A stretch of 64,000 nucleotides of DNA, taken from contig NZ_CANMQT010000006.1 of assembly GCF_947500065.1 (NCBI RefSeq), forward strand, positions 60,215 to 124,214, written 5' to 3'. The notes under the pieces are model-generated. The model was given only the letters and a program-made list of their open reading frames with translations. It was not told the origin of the DNA and ran no database searches. This DNA is from an uncultured Aquimarina sp. (lineage in GTDB: Bacteria > Bacteroidota > Bacteroidia > Flavobacteriales > Flavobacteriaceae). Shown here piece after piece: positions 35,747 to 44,648 of the stretch. Each line of letters starts with the position of its first letter. The first letter of the stretch is position 1. The translations under genes and the position numbers were made by a program.

Positions 35747-37234
35747 ATGCAAAAAAAGATTTACATAATAGTACTAATTGCTTTAACGATGAGTGCATGC
35801 AATAACAGCCAAAGCCTAGAAGTAGAGGTTTATGAAACTTCTGCAAGCGGTAATAAGTTGACTAAAATTACAGAATTTCTAACTTCGGAAAAAAAAGCTA
35901 GCATTAAGTTAAACCCTGAAAAAACCTATCAAACTATTACGGGTTTTGGTGGTGCTTTTACAGAATCCTCAGCGTATTTGCTAAATAAATTAAGTAAGGA
36001 AAACCGCAATAAAATCATTAAAAAGTATTTTGGAAGAGAAGGTGCTAATTATTCACTGACAAGAACACATATGAATTCTTGTGATTTCTCCCTAAGTCAA
36101 TATTCCTATACACCTACTGAAGATAAAGAACTCAAAGATTTTTCTGTAAAAGAAGATATGGATGATTTAATCCCAATGATTAAAGAAGCGATGGTAGCCT
36201 CAGAAGATGGTTTCAAAATTTTTGCTTCACCATGGACAGCACCGCCTTGGATGAAGGATAACAAGAATTGGGTTGGCGGAAAACTATTACCAGAATATTA
36301 TGATACTTGGGCATTGTTCTTTTCTAAGTATGTAGAGGCGTACAAAGAGCAAGGAATTAATATTTGGGGGTTTACTGTCGAAAATGAACCTCACGGTAAT
36401 GGTGATAACTGGGAGAGTATGCATTTTACACCAGAAGAAATGACAGATTTTGTACAAAATCATTTAGGACCAAAATTAGAAGAAGATGGTAAAGGAGACA
36501 TCAAAATTCTAGGATATGATCAGAATAGAGAAGGCTTAAAAGAATGGGTGGATGTGATGTACAAAGATGAAGCATCCTCGAAATATTATGATGGTACCGC
36601 TGTACATTGGTATGAGAGTACTTATGACTATTTTCCAGAAGCATTGCAATATGCTCATAAAAAAGCACCAAATAAATACTTGATTCAAACCGAGGCTTGT
36701 GTTGATGCAGAAATTCCAAAATGGAAAGATGATGCTTGGTATTGGTCTAAAGAAGCAACCGATTGGGGTTGGGATTGGGCTCCAGAAGATCAGAAACATT
36801 TGCACCCTAAGTATGTGCCAGTATATCGATATGCCAGAGATATAATAGGTTGTTTGAATAATTGGGTAGATGGATGGGTTGATTGGAACATGGTACTCGA
36901 TAAGCAAGGTGGTCCAAACTGGTTCAAAAACTGGTGTGTAGCACCGGTAATTGTGGATCCAGATACTGATGAGGTTTATTTTACGCCTTTGTATTATACC
37001 ATGGCGCATTTCAGTAAATATATTCGCCCAGAGGCGAAAGTAATTGATGTAGAGATCTCAGATGAGAAAGTAATGGTTACTGCCGCTAAGAACCTAGATG
37101 GGTCCATTGCCGTGATTATATTTAATCCTACAGAAGATGTAAAACAGTTTTCATTAGCCCTAGGTGAAAAATCAAATGATATTTCTATTAATGCACAAGC
37201 TATTCAAACAATAGTCGTTGCGAACAAAAATTAA
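35747..37234 (+). CDS. GH30 (glucosylceramidase-like) beta-1,6-glucosidase/glucanase, lipoprotein
   Basis: Lipobox MSAC. GH30 motifs: GFGGAFTESSAY, ASPWTAPPWMK, FTVENEPH (acid/base), LIQTEAC (nucleophile). Confidence 0.85.
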   Translation: MQKKIYIIVLIALTMSACNNSQSLEVEVYETSASGNKLTKITEFLTSEKKASIKLNPEKTYQTITGFGGAFTESSAYLLNKLSKENRNKIIKKYFGREGANYSLTRTHMNSCDFSLSQYSYTPTEDKELKDFSVKEDMDDLIPMIKEAMVASEDGFKIFASPWTAPPWMKDNKNWVGGKLLPEYYDTWALFFSKYVEAYKEQGINIWGFTVENEPHGNGDNWESMHFTPEEMTDFVQNHLGPKLEEDGKGDIKILGYDQNREGLKEWVDVMYKDEASSKYYDGTAVHWYESTYDYFPEALQYAHKKAPNKYLIQTEACVDAEIPKWKDDAWYWSKEATDWGWDWAPEDQKHLHPKYVPVYRYARDIIGCLNNWVDGWVDWNMVLDKQGGPNWFKNWCVAPVIVDPDTDEVYFTPLYYTMAHFSKYIRPEAKVIDVEISDEKVMVTAAKNLDGSIAVIIFNPTEDVKQFSLALGEKSNDISINAQAIQTIVVANKN

Positions 37235-37238
37235 AACT

Positions 37239-38804
37239 ATGTCAAATATTAAAACTGCAACGAAAGATAAAGTTCCAATGGGGCAAAAAGCTGCCTTTGG
37301 CGCTGGTCATTTCATATTAAATATATTACCTGGAACGCTAGGAGTTTTTATTCAGTTTTTTCTATTAACAGCTTGGGGAGTTGATCCCTTGTGGGCAGGT
37401 TTATTAGGTGGTTTACCAAGAATATTTGACTCTATAACGGATCCAATAATGGGGTTCATTTCGGACAACACCAAATCGCGATGGGGGCGCAGAAGACCCT
37501 ATATTTTTGTTGGTGCAATCATAAGTGGTATTCTTTTCTTTTTAATGTGGCAAATTGGCGATGATGCTACTCAATCCTATATTATTTGGCATGTGATGGT
37601 AATCCAATTGCTATTCCTTATTGGTAATACGATGTTTGCCACTCCATTGGTGGGGCTCGGTTATGAAATGACATCTGATTATAATGAAAGAACACGTATA
37701 ATGGCATTTTCTAATACTATGGGGCAAATTGCTTGGATGATTGTACCGTGGTTATATGTTATTATTCCGGACACAAATACATTTAATACGCAGACAGAGG
37801 GTGTTCGTACGATGGCACTTATTGTAGGTGCGATGTGTGTAGTTTTTGGGATTTTGCCCGCATTGTTTTGTAAGGGTATTGATTCCTCACATATGAAAAA
37901 TCGAAAAGAAATTAATTTCAAAACGCTTGCTGCTAATATGAAGGATTTATATGCAGGAATTGTTCAGGTTTCTAAAAATAAACCCTTCATGAAATTATGT
38001 GGTGCGACGTTTTTGGTTTTTAATGGATTTCAACTTGTTGCTGCATTTGGAGTTTTCATTATTGTATTTTATATGTATAATGGAAGTTATGAGTTAGCTG
38101 GTACTTGGCCAGCATGGTTTAATACGATAAATGCTATAATTACCGCATTTATTGTTATACCAATTATTTCAAAAATGGCGAATAAATGGGGGAAGAAAAA
38201 AGCCTTTATAATTTCAACAGTTTTATCAATAGTAGGCTATCTTTTAAAATGGTGGGGTTTTGATAAGGAACTTAATAATCAATTTAATCAAACGGGATTA
38301 GGTAAATCATTAAACTCTGGAATAGGTTCAATATTTGAATTTTTAAATCCAATACTGGATAATATTGGAATGTCTTGGTTTAGTATAGATCCTGGTAGCG
38401 AAGTACCATGGCTTATATTTTTACCAATTCCATTATTTGCTTTCGGGATGGGAGGGCTATTTACATTAATGATGTCTATGACAGCAGATGTATGTGACTT
38501 AGATGAGTTAGAGAACGGGATGCCACGTAAAGAAGGAACCTTTGGAGCTATTTATTGGTTAATGGTAAAAATAGGACAGTCTATCGCACTAGTTTTAGGA
38601 GGGGTAATTCTAAGTATTGTTGGTTTTGATCCTAATGTTACTGAGCAATCTTTAGAAACCATGAATGGTCTCAGGATTGCCGACATATTAGTTCCATCAG
38701 TGACTGCAGCATTAGCTGTGTGGGTAATGTGGAAATATAGTCTTTCCGAAAAGAAAGCTAGGGAGATAAAAGCTACATTGGTAGAACGAAGAGGAGAACT
38801 TTAA
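37239..38804 (+). CDS. MFS glycoside-pentoside-hexuronide (GPH) family sugar:cation symporter
   Basis: ATG at 37239 lies just after the GH30 stop; the track start at 37218 overlaps GH30. GPH signature FDSITDPIMGFISDNTKSRWGRRRPYIF. About 12 hydrophobic segments. Confidence 0.85.
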   Translation: MSNIKTATKDKVPMGQKAAFGAGHFILNILPGTLGVFIQFFLLTAWGVDPLWAGLLGGLPRIFDSITDPIMGFISDNTKSRWGRRRPYIFVGAIISGILFFLMWQIGDDATQSYIIWHVMVIQLLFLIGNTMFATPLVGLGYEMTSDYNERTRIMAFSNTMGQIAWMIVPWLYVIIPDTNTFNTQTEGVRTMALIVGAMCVVFGILPALFCKGIDSSHMKNRKEINFKTLAANMKDLYAGIVQVSKNKPFMKLCGATFLVFNGFQLVAAFGVFIIVFYMYNGSYELAGTWPAWFNTINAIITAFIVIPIISKMANKWGKKKAFIISTVLSIVGYLLKWWGFDKELNNQFNQTGLGKSLNSGIGSIFEFLNPILDNIGMSWFSIDPGSEVPWLIFLPIPLFAFGMGGLFTLMMSMTADVCDLDELENGMPRKEGTFGAIYWLMVKIGQSIALVLGGVILSIVGFDPNVTEQSLETMNGLRIADILVPSVTAALAVWVMWKYSLSEKKAREIKATLVERRGEL

Positions 38805-38830
38805 TAATATTAATTAATCATAGCTACCTT

Positions 38831-39715
38831 ATGTCTGTAAGAAAAGAAAAGTTTTTGGCTTTAGCTAGTTTAGACTATACGGATAAAACTACAGAAGATT
38901 TAAAACATATGTATAAGCAGGTCTTGGAAAATGGCATGCACGGATTATGTTTTAGTCCTTATGTAGAAGGTCAAGAACCAGGCGATCAATTATCTGAAGA
39001 ACAGATAAGACGTCGAATAGAAATCATAGCCCCATATACCAAATGGGTACGTTCATTTTCTACTACAGAAGGCAATGAATTAATACCTAAAATAGCTAAA
39101 GAATATGGAATTAAAACACTAGTTGGTGCTTGGCTTGGAGATGATGATCAGGTTAACCAAAAAGAGGTTGCAAATCTTATAGAATTATGTAATGAAGGCT
39201 ATGTTGATATAGCTGCGGTTGGTAATGAGGTGATGTATAGAGGTGATTTAGCTGAACAACAATTGTTGGATTTCATTAATCACGCTAAATTAAAAATAAA
39301 AGACGTCCCTGTAGGTTATGTGGATGCGTATTATGAGTTTGTAGATCATCCTCGAATCACCGAAGCTTGTGATATTATTTTAGCAAACTGTTATCCTTTT
39401 TGGGAAGGCTGCGATCTGGATTATTCTTTATTGTATATGAAAGATATGTACCAAAGAGCACTTCGTGCTGGGAATGGTAAAAAAGTAATTATTTCTGAAA
39501 CGGGCTGGCCCAGCATGGGAACAAATCTTGAAGGAGCATTTCCATCTTATGAAAATGCTATGAAGTATTTTATCAATACACAAAAATGGTCTGAAGAAGA
39601 TGATATAGAAATATTCTTTTTTTCATCTTTTGATGAGTCCTGGAAAGTTGGCGCAGAAGGAGATGTAGGCGCTTATTGGGGTATTTGGGATAAAAATGAG
39701 AAGCTAAAATACTAG
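38831..39715 (+). CDS. GH17 family protein without signal peptide (predicted cytoplasmic)
   Basis: GH17 motifs: AAVGNEVMY, IISETGWPSMG, FFFSSFDESWK. The N-terminus MSVRKEKFLALASLDYTDK has no hydrophobic leader. Confidence 0.8.
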   Translation: MSVRKEKFLALASLDYTDKTTEDLKHMYKQVLENGMHGLCFSPYVEGQEPGDQLSEEQIRRRIEIIAPYTKWVRSFSTTEGNELIPKIAKEYGIKTLVGAWLGDDDQVNQKEVANLIELCNEGYVDIAAVGNEVMYRGDLAEQQLLDFINHAKLKIKDVPVGYVDAYYEFVDHPRITEACDIILANCYPFWEGCDLDYSLLYMKDMYQRALRAGNGKKVIISETGWPSMGTNLEGAFPSYENAMKYFINTQKWSEEDDIEIFFFSSFDESWKVGAEGDVGAYWGIWDKNEKLKY

Positions 39716-39742
39716 CTCAATATTTTCGAAACAATTTTAAAC

Positions 39743-39772
39743 TTTTATAGAGAATTATGTTACTCTATAAAA
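39743..39772 (+). terminator. Hairpin after second GH17 gene
   Basis: 10-bp stem TTTTATAGAG/CTCTATAAAA with a 10-nt loop. AT-rich and lacks a clean T-run. Confidence 0.45.
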
Positions 39773-39946
39773 ACGTTGTACACTAAGTTAGTGAAGATTC
39801 ATTAGTTATTAAAAGTAAAAGTGCATTCAAGGGCGAAAATTCCTTATTGATAGAGAACTTTATATGTAAAAATTAAGACTTTTTATAAAGCCTGCATTAG
39901 TTGCACGAGATAATTGGTTTGATTTTTTAAGCAAAGTTTAAATGAT

Positions 39947-39986
39947 TTAAAAACAAAAAAGTCTTACTTATAAAAGTAAGACTTTT
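39947..39986 (-). terminator. Terminator of the tRNA operon
   Basis: 13-bp perfect stem (39957-39969 / 39974-39986) directly 3' of tRNA-Arg on the minus strand, followed there by TTTTTTGTTT. Confidence 0.75.
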
Positions 39987-39988
39987 CG

Positions 39989-40062
39989 TGAGCCCGATAG
40001 GATTCGAACCTATGACCGCCTCCTTAGAAGGGAGGTGCTCTATCCAGCTGAGCTACGAGCCC
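39989..40062 (-). tRNA. tRNA-Arg (anticodon UCU)
   Basis: Reverse complement: GGGCTCG TA GCTC AGCTGGATA GAGC A CCTCC CTTCTAA GGAGG CGGTC ATAGG TTCGAAT CCTAT CGGGCTC A. Cloverleaf folds by hand. CCA is not encoded. Confidence 0.9.
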
Positions 40063-40078
40063 GTAACTCTAGTATTAG

Positions 40079-40153
40079 TCGGGGTGGCAGGATTCGAACC
40101 TGCGACCTCCGCGTCCCAAACGCGGCGCGATAACCGGGCTACGCTACACCCCG
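40079..40153 (-). tRNA. tRNA-Pro (anticodon UGG)
   Basis: Reverse complement: CGGGGTG TA GCGTAGCCCGGTTATCGC G CCGCG TTTGGGA CGCGG AGGTC GCAGG TTCGAAT CCTGC CACCCCG A. Confidence 0.9.
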
Positions 40154-40211
40154 AAGTGTAACTATTCAAAATAATAATTATTAAAACTAAACTATTATTC
40201 TAAAATATTAG

Positions 40212-40298
40212 CGGAGAGACAGGGATTCGAACCCTGGGTACCATTACTGGTACGACGATTTAGCAAACCGTTCCTTTCGGCCACTCAGGCACCTCTCC
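40212..40298 (-). tRNA. tRNA-Ser (anticodon GCU), long variable arm
   Basis: Reverse complement: GGAGAGG TG CCTGAGTGGCCGAAAGG A ACGGT TTGCTAA ATCGT CGTACCAGTAATGGTAC CCAGG GTTCGAATCCCTG TCTCTCC G. Confidence 0.9.
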
Positions 40299-40347
40299 AA
40301 ATTCATTATTTAGTATGAACTCCGCATTAATATCTCAAATGCGGATG

Positions 40348-40355
40348 CAAATGTA
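40348..40355 (-). promoter_or_regulatory. Candidate -7 box for the tRNA Ser-Pro-Arg operon
   Basis: Plus-strand CAAATGTA equals TACATTTG on the minus strand, about 50 nt upstream of the tRNA-Ser 5' end. Confidence 0.3.
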
Positions 40356-40520
40356 GGATTTATGAATCTACAATGCAACATTTTTTTACCATTATTTTCG
40401 TTTTATAGGTGTCAAGATTTTAAAAAGTTGAAAATCAGTTTTTTCATTGGAAATAAATTTATAAAAAAATAATAAAAGAGTTTATAATTTACAAAAAATA
40501 GACGTTTCAAACAAGAATCA

Positions 40521-40528
40521 TATATTTG
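40521..40528 (+). promoter_or_regulatory. Candidate Bacteroidota -7 box (TAnnTTTG) for paralogue A
   Basis: Exact TATATTTG, 54 nt upstream of the ATG at 40582. No clear -33 element seen. Confidence 0.3.
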
Positions 40529-40581
40529 TGTTACTTGACCTAATTATATATCTTATGTATTCAGATAAAAAACCATTAATA

Positions 40582-42177
40582 ATGAAAATTAAGAGTCTTT
40601 TAATTTTACTAATTCTTATAAGCGGATATTCATATTCCCAAAAGCCAGTTCTTTCGGAAGAATTTAATTTCAAAATAGGTGAAAAGTATAAAAGAATTAA
40701 AAGTTCTAATTCTTATTATGTTGCTTCAGGTGATAGGATGGTTGCTATAAAAAAGGGAAGGAAAGATATGACTATTCAACGTTTTTCTTTAAAAGATCTT
40801 AAGGAAGACGTTAAGAAAAGACAAGTAATAGAAGATAAAGGTGATTTTCAGACAGTGATGAATCTTAATGGAAAAGCTGTTGTTTTTTATACTGTTAAGG
40901 ACAAAGCGTATGCGCAAAAAATATCTCTTACCGGAATTATAGCTGAGAAACCAGTTCTTGTTGGAAGTGATAAGGATAATATCAATAATGATGTTGGTTT
41001 TAAAAGTACTTATGGTTTTGATGCTGGAGGAAGAATCAATAAATTCGTTTTTAAGAAATCGTTTGATGGAACTAAATTGTTAGTGTTGTTTAGAGTGAAA
41101 ACGGCGAATGATAAAGCTGATAAAATAGGAATAAGTGTATATGATGCTAGTCTGAAATTAATTTGGAGTCGAAAAGTAAGATTGCCTTATGCTAATAAGT
41201 GGATGGAGAATGAGGATTTTGCGATTGATAATGAAGGAAGTTTTTATATGACAGCGTCTGTGTTTAATTCCAGTGCAGAAGAAAAAAATAAATTAGAGAA
41301 TACCTTTAGGACAGAAGTTTTTAAAATCAAGGAAAACCCTAAAGAAATTGTCAAAAGTAAAATAGAGCTACCTGGTAAATCAGTAATGGATGCGGTAATT
41401 GGACTGGATAAACAAGGGAAGATTAGAGTGTCGGGTTTTTATGTTAATAATGATAATAAATTAGAAGCTTCGGGTTTGTTTTCTGCTAGTTTAGATGAAA
41501 CAGGTGTAATCAGTTCAATCTTAAAAACAGATATTCCTTCAGAAATAGCTCAGCAGTATGCCTTAAAAAGAGAAGAGCGAATTAATGAAGGAACCCAGAA
41601 TGAAGATGATAAAAAGGATTTTGAAAGCTTAAAAGTAAATAATATTGTTTTTAATGAAGATGGTAGTTTGGTGCTTTTAGGAGAACAACGATATGTAGAA
41701 TCATTTACAACATCCAGTTCTTCTGGATCAAGAACGACATATAAATATTTTTATAGAGATGTAATTGCTTCAAAACTATCATCACAGGGATCTGTAGCGT
41801 GGTTTCATAGATTGCCTAAATATCAAACAGGAGCCAGAGGGAAACGTAGCATGTCCTATATTAATTTTAGGAATAATGGTAAGCATTATCTATTTCATAT
41901 TGATGATTTTACTAATCTAAAAAGGTCTTTTGATGAATATCCTACACGATATTTTGATGGTAAAAAAGAGTTTTTGTATCTAACCTCTTATACTATAAAT
42001 GATGAAACAGGAGAAGTAACAAAAGATCCAATTCTTACCGGAAGCGATATTAGAAACTCTCGTTTAGATAACTTAGAAGTATACAAAGTAGCAACACTAC
42101 CTAATCAGGATATGATTTTCGAAGCCTTTGATGGTAAAAAAAATAATCTACTTCTAAAAGTATCAGTAGCTAAATAA
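40582..42177 (+). CDS. Secreted protein of unknown function, paralogue A of a three-gene family
   Basis: ATG at 40582 (MKIKSLLILLILISGYSYSQ signal peptide); the track start at 40528 lies in the promoter box. Shares long colinear motifs with 44649-46322: LKVN.IV.N.DGS, GEQRYV, SSSG.RTTY.Y.YRD, LPK.Q.G.RG.R.MSY, INDETGEV. Confidence 0.7.
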   Translation: MKIKSLLILLILISGYSYSQKPVLSEEFNFKIGEKYKRIKSSNSYYVASGDRMVAIKKGRKDMTIQRFSLKDLKEDVKKRQVIEDKGDFQTVMNLNGKAVVFYTVKDKAYAQKISLTGIIAEKPVLVGSDKDNINNDVGFKSTYGFDAGGRINKFVFKKSFDGTKLLVLFRVKTANDKADKIGISVYDASLKLIWSRKVRLPYANKWMENEDFAIDNEGSFYMTASVFNSSAEEKNKLENTFRTEVFKIKENPKEIVKSKIELPGKSVMDAVIGLDKQGKIRVSGFYVNNDNKLEASGLFSASLDETGVISSILKTDIPSEIAQQYALKREERINEGTQNEDDKKDFESLKVNNIVFNEDGSLVLLGEQRYVESFTTSSSSGSRTTYKYFYRDVIASKLSSQGSVAWFHRLPKYQTGARGKRSMSYINFRNNGKHYLFHIDDFTNLKRSFDEYPTRYFDGKKEFLYLTSYTINDETGEVTKDPILTGSDIRNSRLDNLEVYKVATLPNQDMIFEAFDGKKNNLLLKVSVAK

Positions 42178-42570
42178 TCATTAAACTCTATTCCTTTCAA
42201 GAAAACTGGTGAGCATAAACACACAAAATAGTTTCTGCCTTTTAGACCAATAACGGTAAAAGCTTTTGTGAATCTTCTGTAATAGATAATTTTATTAATG
42301 AAATTATAGAGAGTATAATGTGATTTAGGAGATGCTGTTACAAAACCAGAAGTTAAGTTTTTTGCAGAAAACCTAAATAATGAGGGTAACATTTATTGCC
42401 CATGACGCACTAATCCATGATAAATATGTGTTAAGTGGAAAAATCACGTATTTAGGATAAGAGTTTAAATAAAAAAACTACCCAAAAAGGGTGGGGTAAT
42501 TCTACTATTATATCAATAATTTTGCGAATATTTTATTTTAAACTATGAATCCCAATCAAATTTATTAATC

Positions 42571-42578
42571 TATTTTTG
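42571..42578 (+). promoter_or_regulatory. Candidate -7 box (TAnnTTTG) for paralogue B
   Basis: Exact TATTTTTG, 20 nt upstream of the ATG at 42598. Confidence 0.3.
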
Positions 42579-42597
42579 CATCCTTTAAAATTATATT

Positions 42598-44235
42598 ATG
42601 AAAAAACTAGCCTCATTATTACTTTTACTTATTTGTACAACGTTATCTGCTCAATTAAAAGTAGGTAATATAGATCTTGATTTTGGTGATGCAGTAACGT
42701 CCAAAGATGGAGATGTTATTCAAATTGCCGGAGAAAAAGAAAATGTTGTTTATGCGTTAGCGAAGAAAAAGAAGAGTTATTTTTTGCAGACTTTTGATGC
42801 TGCTACTAAATCTTTTAAAAATAGTACACCTCTTGAATTTGACAAAATTGATGGGTATAAACTACAAGTCGAAGATTTGGCGATAGTAGGAGAGAAAGTA
42901 TTTTTAATGCTTTCCTACTATGATAAAAAAGCGAAAAACAACAATTTTTTAGCTAAAGAGATTGTGGGAAATAAGATCGTAAAAACAACAAACATTTTAT
43001 CAGTTCCTGTTGAAGGGAAAAGAAAAAAAGGAACTTTTGTGTTTACGACATCTTATGACGATTTTAATTATTTAATAGCGCATGTTGGTATTAATTCTAA
43101 GAAAGAACAATTAAAGTACACCGTAAAGCTTTTGGATGATGGTTTAACAACTGTCTTAAATGATACCTATGAAGTAGTATTTGAAGAAAAAAACAAACAA
43201 TATTTTGATTTTTCTGATGTACAAGTTAATGAGCATGGAGACGTATTAATTGCTACAACTGAAAGCTATAGAGATAAGAAAAAGAAAACGAGTATCAATA
43301 ATATTACGGTACATGCGTATTTGGCAAAGAATAATTATGAAAAACAAGTAACTAATGTTGTTCTTGAAGGTAAACGTGCATTGAGTTGTAGTTTAATGGA
43401 GACTAAGGATAATACACTTCATGCTATTGGTTTTTATTCTGATTTAAAGAAAAGCGGTAAGGCAGAATCTACTGTAGAAGGAATGTATGATGTTATTTTT
43501 GATTACAGTAAGGGAGAAGTTATTAAAAAGACGTTTAACGACTTTACTGTGGAGGTTAAAGCACAACTAATAGGAGAAAGAAGAGCTAAGAAAGGAAGAG
43601 ATTTAAAGCCTTACTACAGAAATATCGCTTTTGTGGAAAGAGATAATGGAGGAGTAATTGTTCTTTCAGAGTATAAAACCGTTTTTGAAGGTAAAGCTAG
43701 CGGAATGGGGCCTATGAAAATGACACCTTATACATATAATGCAAATGAAATAATAGTAACAGCTTTAAATAAAGAAGGGAAGTTAGATTGGAGTAATGTA
43801 ATACCAAAAGAACAACAAGTTACAGTTACGGAATTAGGTTTTTCTATTAGTTTTTGGGGTGCTTCTGGAGGAGTTTCAGTTTCCGCAGGCTTGTATTTTC
43901 CTTTAACAGTTTTGGGTAATGGACCAGAGTATTTAAGTGCAATACCAATTTATCATAATGGACAATTAACTGTGGTTGTCAATGATGATCCTAAGAATAT
44001 TGGGGTTACTAAAATGGATGATGTTAAAAAAACAAAGAAAATTAGCAAAATGATACCAGTGGTATTTTCTTTTAATGAAGAAACAGGCGAAATAACAAGA
44101 ACTGATCCTGAAGAGTTCGAAAAGAAACAAATAGTAGTTAGGCCTTCTACAAAATATAGAATAAGTTCTAATACGTATTGGATTTACGGAGGTGGCAAAG
44201 AAGGAAGTTCATTAGGTAAATTAATTATGAATTAA
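42598..44235 (+). CDS. Secreted protein of unknown function, diverged paralogue B
   Basis: Signal peptide MKKLASLLLLLICTTLSAQ. Colinear with A and C but much more diverged: SEYKTV, TPYTYNANEIIVTALNKEGKLDWSNVIPKEQQ, FNEETGEITRTDP. Confidence 0.7.
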   Translation: MKKLASLLLLLICTTLSAQLKVGNIDLDFGDAVTSKDGDVIQIAGEKENVVYALAKKKKSYFLQTFDAATKSFKNSTPLEFDKIDGYKLQVEDLAIVGEKVFLMLSYYDKKAKNNNFLAKEIVGNKIVKTTNILSVPVEGKRKKGTFVFTTSYDDFNYLIAHVGINSKKEQLKYTVKLLDDGLTTVLNDTYEVVFEEKNKQYFDFSDVQVNEHGDVLIATTESYRDKKKKTSINNITVHAYLAKNNYEKQVTNVVLEGKRALSCSLMETKDNTLHAIGFYSDLKKSGKAESTVEGMYDVIFDYSKGEVIKKTFNDFTVEVKAQLIGERRAKKGRDLKPYYRNIAFVERDNGGVIVLSEYKTVFEGKASGMGPMKMTPYTYNANEIIVTALNKEGKLDWSNVIPKEQQVTVTELGFSISFWGASGGVSVSAGLYFPLTVLGNGPEYLSAIPIYHNGQLTVVVNDDPKNIGVTKMDDVKKTKKISKMIPVVFSFNEETGEITRTDPEEFEKKQIVVRPSTKYRISSNTYWIYGGGKEGSSLGKLIMN

Positions 44236-44256
44236 TTTTTAAATTATTTAGTAAAC

Positions 44257-44313
44257 TATTTAAATTAAAAAAATGGCTTAGATAACATCTAAGCCATTTT
44301 TTTAATTTAAATA
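44257..44313. terminator. Bidirectional terminator / 27-bp-arm perfect palindrome after paralogue B
   Basis: TATTTAAATTAAAAAAATGGCTTAGAT aac ATCTAAGCCATTTTTTTAATTTAAATA. The GC-containing core GGCTTAGAT/ATCTAAGCC is flanked by A7/T7 runs. Confidence 0.7.
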
Positions 44314-44648
44314 CTAATGAAATGTGTTAAAATATAGGTTTTTAAAAAGAGAAATGAACTAATTAAATTTATAAGTGATAAAGAGAAACTCAAAAACAAA
44401 AGCTAATCACAACACTATATGTGTTATCACAACAGTTATACGATCAATCGAATGGTTGTTTTGTTCCTGTCTACCTGGCAAATGGCAGACAGATTTGATA
44501 AGGTTTGAAAGAAAATTTAGCAACGAATGCGTATAAAAATCAAAAAGCAAGGTAACATTTTGCCTTGCAATGATACATACATTAAACTTTAAGAACTCAT
44601 AAGAGATGAGTTACTGAAAAAATACAATACCAATCCTAAATTATAAAT

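Noticed and set aside
36536-37009. A 157-aa minus-strand ORF. Similar antisense ORFs occur at 55019-55507 (162 aa), 63095-63460 (121 aa), 63485-63730, 1762-2112, 61402-61951, 50246-50533 and 46381-46569.
   Set aside because: Each lies antisense within a well-supported gene (GH30, darB, KS, CLF, GH16, the 204-aa ORF, the WG-repeat gene, the halogenase). Their translations are Ile/Phe/Ser-rich with no motifs, which is typical of AT-rich antisense frames.
42105-42392. A 95-aa minus-strand ORF partly in the spacer between paralogues A and B.
   Set aside because: It overlaps the 3' end of paralogue A, has no signal or motif, and has no promoter-like box. I treat the spacer as non-coding, possibly decayed sequence.
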